Assembly: GCF_000485595.1 (NCBI RefSeq)
Contig: NW_014577063.1
Location: forward strand, 1,249,590-1,303,195
Length of the DNA stretch: 53,606 nucleotides
Direction of reading: 5' to 3'
From: Priapulus caudatus
Lineage: Eukaryota
In this document: positions 49,946 to 53,606 of the stretch, one piece after another
How positions within the stretch are numbered: the stretch's first letter is position 1
How the letters are laid out: the number at the start of each line of letters is the position of its first letter
The notes under the pieces: generated by a model
What the model was told of the DNA's origin: nothing
Databases searched by the model: none
The model's input: the letters and a program-made list of their open reading frames with translations, nothing else
Made by a program: the position numbers and the translations under genes

Positions 49946-50161
49946 GCACCCGGCAGATAGATGCGATATGATATGACTACTAGGCACTTAGGATATGACT
50001 ACTAGGCACTTAAAAAAAACAACCCTAACCCTAACCCTAACCCTAACCCTAACTCTAACCCTAACCCTAACCCTAATTCTAACCCTAACCCTAAAAAAAA
50101 AAAATTAAATTAAATTAAAGTGCCTAGTAGTCATATCATATCGCATCTTTCTACCAACACC
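49946..50161. mobile_element. Related MULE-like MITE with a (CCCTAA)n core
   Basis: TIR core AGATGCGATATGATATGACTACTAGGCACTT inverted at the right end; TSD AGCCAGGGT / CGCCAGGGT (8/9). Shares ACTAGGCACTT with the neighbouring element. Confidence 0.8.
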
Positions 50162-50854
50162 CGCCAGGGTCACGATCAGGTACCTCATTGGGAAATCATT
50201 TCCCATTGGCGGCCATACTTACGGAAAAATTCCCATAAATCAGCAGAGGTTTTTTTTTTGAAATCACAATGCCATCTTTTGAATCCAAGTCGCAAGTGAC
50301 ACCATTATATGTTGTTAACTCAAAATTTTTTCCATAATTTCTTTGGTAAACAAGCTTTTCCCGGCCCACACTCGAAATGGCCACTTTACAATGTGATTTT
50401 ACACGAAAAGGTAGGCTTCCTTTAAAAATACCCCGCCCGCCCCAGCAATGCACCCCGGACGAGCACCTTACACTGTCGGATTCCGAAAATATTTTAGTTT
50501 CTGAAATTAACCATTGCAAAGAGTTCTAACTCTTTCTAATGAGAAATAAAAAATTCATGCGCACGCATACACTGAAAAACGATCTCATTCTTGAGCATGT
50601 CCCAGCGCTCATGGGTGATTTGCCACCGTAATTCCATCAGACGAGCTCATAGCCTCCCCGCTGGAGCAATGAAGAGATATCCGATGTAGACTAGTGTACA
50701 TGCGCATAAGCGGATCTACCTACTTGCCCGACTGAGCGCCCGTTTGCGTGTCCGCCTGCCCCATGCTACCCTGCCTGTCTGCATGCCTGCTCCTATAAAG
50801 AAAGAAATACGTGTTTATTTATTTATTAGTTTATTTATTTATTTATTTATTTAT

Positions 50855-50904
50855 TAGAAGTCTATCAATAGATTGACTCCTGTGATCCTATTGATAGACT
50901 CCTG
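50855..50904. mobile_element. Micro-palindromic element
   Basis: AGTCTATCAATAG ... CTATTGATAGACTCCTG; the right end again reads CAGGAG on the minus strand. Confidence 0.55.
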
Positions 50905-51062
50905 TACATATATAATATTTATTTATTTATTAGTTTATTTGTTTGTTTGTTTATCTTCAGCGCTGAGCCTCTATCTAAGGTATTCAGAGCCTCTATCTAA
51001 GGTATTCAGAGCCGCAGGTTGCGATTCATCGGTTAACTGCGCCTGGTCTAACCGTGTTACAG

Positions 51063-51218
51063 GTGTCTTTGGTTTCTGTATGCTGGCGGTGCTGCTGGTT
51101 CCAATGTATTACATTCCCGTCGGAACATTCGCCAACAATCCGAATCATGTCTTGGAGGATGCCATCGACGGTTTCTACCAGATTGCTAACAGTGCTGTCG
51201 TGGCGGTTGCCACTTTCG
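51063..51218 (+). CDS. SLC35F6: Internal exon of solute carrier family 35 member F6 (nucleotide-sugar transporter family)
   Basis: Acceptor GTTACAG and donor G|GTAGGG; 156 bp, phase 1/1. (G)VFGFCMLAVLLVPMYYIPVGTFANNPNHVLEDAIDGFYQIANSAVVAVATFG closely resembles the LLVPMYYIP...NP...LEDA.D.F.Q segment of SLC35F6. Confidence 0.9.
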
Positions 51219-52452
51219 GTAGGGTTGACGGTGGTAATGTGTGCGTGTGCGTGATTAAATAAGTTTTAGTTTTATTTAACAAATAACATACAAAATACAT
51301 TGATACTCGAGCCATCGCTCACATTTAATGAACGCCGACCGAAATGCATCGCAGTCATCCTTAGTGTCACGTACTCGTTTGCAGTGGATTTGCGAATAGG
51401 TTAGTAATGTACGCACGTGCGCACTCAGAAATTAATCGTCCGGGTCGCAGCAACTTCATCGAGAAAAAACAACTATCCCGTTTTTTTGCTGCGATCTAAA
51501 AAAAAATCGCCCGTGAAAATGTGCATTTAATATAAAAGACTAATAAAGTGATGAGAAAATCGCATCGCGAGGCCACACGCTGGCAGGTGCTGTTATCTAT
51601 ACTGGGGGCTCCTTCGTTATTTATTTCCCCGTTCGAGCATTTATATGTCCTTTGCTTGCTAGCGTCGTCCCATGATGGATCTCATTGCAGAGCAAGAGGA
51701 CAACCACGATGGCCGCCACAAACCGAATGGTTACCCACAAAGCGCTGTCGTCGTCACGTAACCAAATAATTCACTTTCATTTCTTTCACGCGTCTCGGAG
51801 GCTCGTTCGATTTTCGCGCGACTTCGTGATTAAAAAGTAATTGCGGGGAGCTTCGTGCGTGCGTGCGTGCGTGCGTCTATATATTCTTCGCCGATGAACG
51901 TCAGTCGTCACGACGGCAACGTCAAATAACGGAAAGCGATACAGCGTCGGCTATGAAGCAATTATTGCATTTACGCTTCGAGCGACTCACGCGATGTTTG
52001 ACATGGCCATGCGGGATGCCCTCCGTGCAAACACTAAACAGCGTCGCAATAAACGGTGGATGGCTGCAGGAAAAGCACTCGGAAGTCGAGGGATTGTTCT
52101 ATGGGCAATTTTAAATGTGCAAGAAGGAAAGAACATTTAAGACGCATGATCACTTCATAAGCGTATAGGGTTACATAGAACGCACACGTGGAAAACATTA
52201 AGACGAAAACCACGTACGCAAGATGGTATCGTACGAGTTACAAACTGCTCTGATGTCTAATCTATACTATACGACACGAGATTTATTAATTAAAACAGGA
52301 ATGAGAAGGCAGGTGGAAAGCAGGAGAGGATGGAGAGGTCGATTAGATAAGAAACATCGCATAGTGTTAGACGGTGAACTTCCGACGGGACGTTAATTTC
52401 GTCGGAGCTTAGTGACACTGTTATAGATTACTGCTCACATATATATATATAT

Positions 52453-52453
52453 T

Positions 52454-52504
<51 letters not shown>

Positions 52505-52593
52505 AGAGCGCGCGCGCGAAAGGGGGAGCGAGAGAGAGAGAGAGAGAAAGAGCGCGCGCGCGAAAAGGGGAGCGAGAGAGAGAGAGAGAGAGA
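52453..52593. repeat. (GA)n tract bordering a 500-N gap (52594-53093)
   Basis: Visible. Confidence 0.95.
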
Positions 52594-53173
52594 NNNNNNN
52601 NNNNNNNNNNNNNNNNNNNNNNNNNNNNNNNNNNNNNNNNNNNNNNNNNNNNNNNNNNNNNNNNNNNNNNNNNNNNNNNNNNNNNNNNNNNNNNNNNNNN
52701 NNNNNNNNNNNNNNNNNNNNNNNNNNNNNNNNNNNNNNNNNNNNNNNNNNNNNNNNNNNNNNNNNNNNNNNNNNNNNNNNNNNNNNNNNNNNNNNNNNNN
52801 NNNNNNNNNNNNNNNNNNNNNNNNNNNNNNNNNNNNNNNNNNNNNNNNNNNNNNNNNNNNNNNNNNNNNNNNNNNNNNNNNNNNNNNNNNNNNNNNNNNN
52901 NNNNNNNNNNNNNNNNNNNNNNNNNNNNNNNNNNNNNNNNNNNNNNNNNNNNNNNNNNNNNNNNNNNNNNNNNNNNNNNNNNNNNNNNNNNNNNNNNNNN
53001 NNNNNNNNNNNNNNNNNNNNNNNNNNNNNNNNNNNNNNNNNNNNNNNNNNNNNNNNNNNNNNNNNNNNNNNNNNNNNNNNNNNNNNNNNNNNNATTGAAC
53101 GTCGTCTGTTGGTCACCGGTCATGCACGCCACCGCGCACAATCTCGCCAAAGATGGCGTCTCCCAAAAGATAA

Positions 53174-53606
53174 GGCGCGTTCACACGGACGTTTTTGGCC
53201 CGAGCCTAATTAGGCCCGTGCCAGATTTGGTCCCATCGAAAACGTCGGACCAGGCCCAAGCAAAATTTTAGCACCAGCTTTCGGCGAGGGGTAGAGCGGT
53301 AGAATCGGTTGAGCGGTAGATGCCGCGAGTGTCGAACGTGTACTTCGACGAAATAACGTCCAAAACAGTATAAAAATTCGAAAAAATTGATCAGGATGCA
53401 CGTTTTCAAGATTGATAATTAAACTCGGAACGTAAGTAAACACTCTAAATCGTAAACAACGCCATCTCGCGACATACTGCCAAAGTATCTGTGAGATATT
53501 TGTGCAATAAAATTTATTTGAATTTGAATTTGAATTTGACAGACAGTATTCACTTGCGTACGTGTGAACGCGCCGACTAAGACAGGCCTGAGCTAAATTT
53601 AGCTCA
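53174..53606. mobile_element. PIF/Harbinger-like non-autonomous element, probably continuing past the window end
   Basis: TAA|GGCGCGTTCACACG at the left end. The inverted CGTGTGAACGCGCC at 53561-53574 is not followed by TWA, so it is probably subterminal. Confidence 0.6.

Noticed and set aside
48064..50094. TTAGGG/CCCTAA arrays as a chromosome end or fusion scar
   Set aside because: Each array is short and enclosed by TIRs and TSDs, so it is transposon cargo.
52421..53213. 231-253-aa ORFs
   Set aside because: Artefacts of the 500-N gap and the GA repeat.

Overview
Repeat-rich genomic DNA from an intron-containing animal, most likely an invertebrate: it has spliceosomal exons, TTAGGG telomeric motifs, and RTE/RTEX LINE relics. 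Nearly all long ORFs in the track are artefacts of microsatellites. The real coding content is short exons from three gene families. (1) IgGFc-binding (FCGBP-like N-terminal domain) secreted protein exons: a signal-peptide exon and the domain start on the minus strand at 11.1-11.6 kb; later domain exons on the plus strand at 2.7, 3.6 and 4.8-5.0 kb (the last ending in a DGxDNDxDGLxDEE acidic motif); and a possible C-type lectin exon at 9.3-9.6 kb. (2) The first coding exon of a globin X-like globin with an MGC acylation signal, a ~110-aa N-terminal extension and the B12.2 intron (25843-26261). (3) One internal exon of SLC35F6 (51063-51218). The rest is microsatellites and minisatellites, a ~10-kb array of a ~2-kb Helentron-like unit, and many small TIR elements (hAT-, IS3EU-, P-, Zator-, Harbinger-like, and telomere-repeat-bearing MULE/Merlin-like MITEs). 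Four 25-N gaps and several indel-riddled stretches suggest unpolished long-read gap filling. Frameshifts and odd gene arrangements may therefore be assembly artefacts. I found no convincing novel multi-gene system; the best leads are the FCGBP-like architecture, the extended globin and several unusual MITE families.
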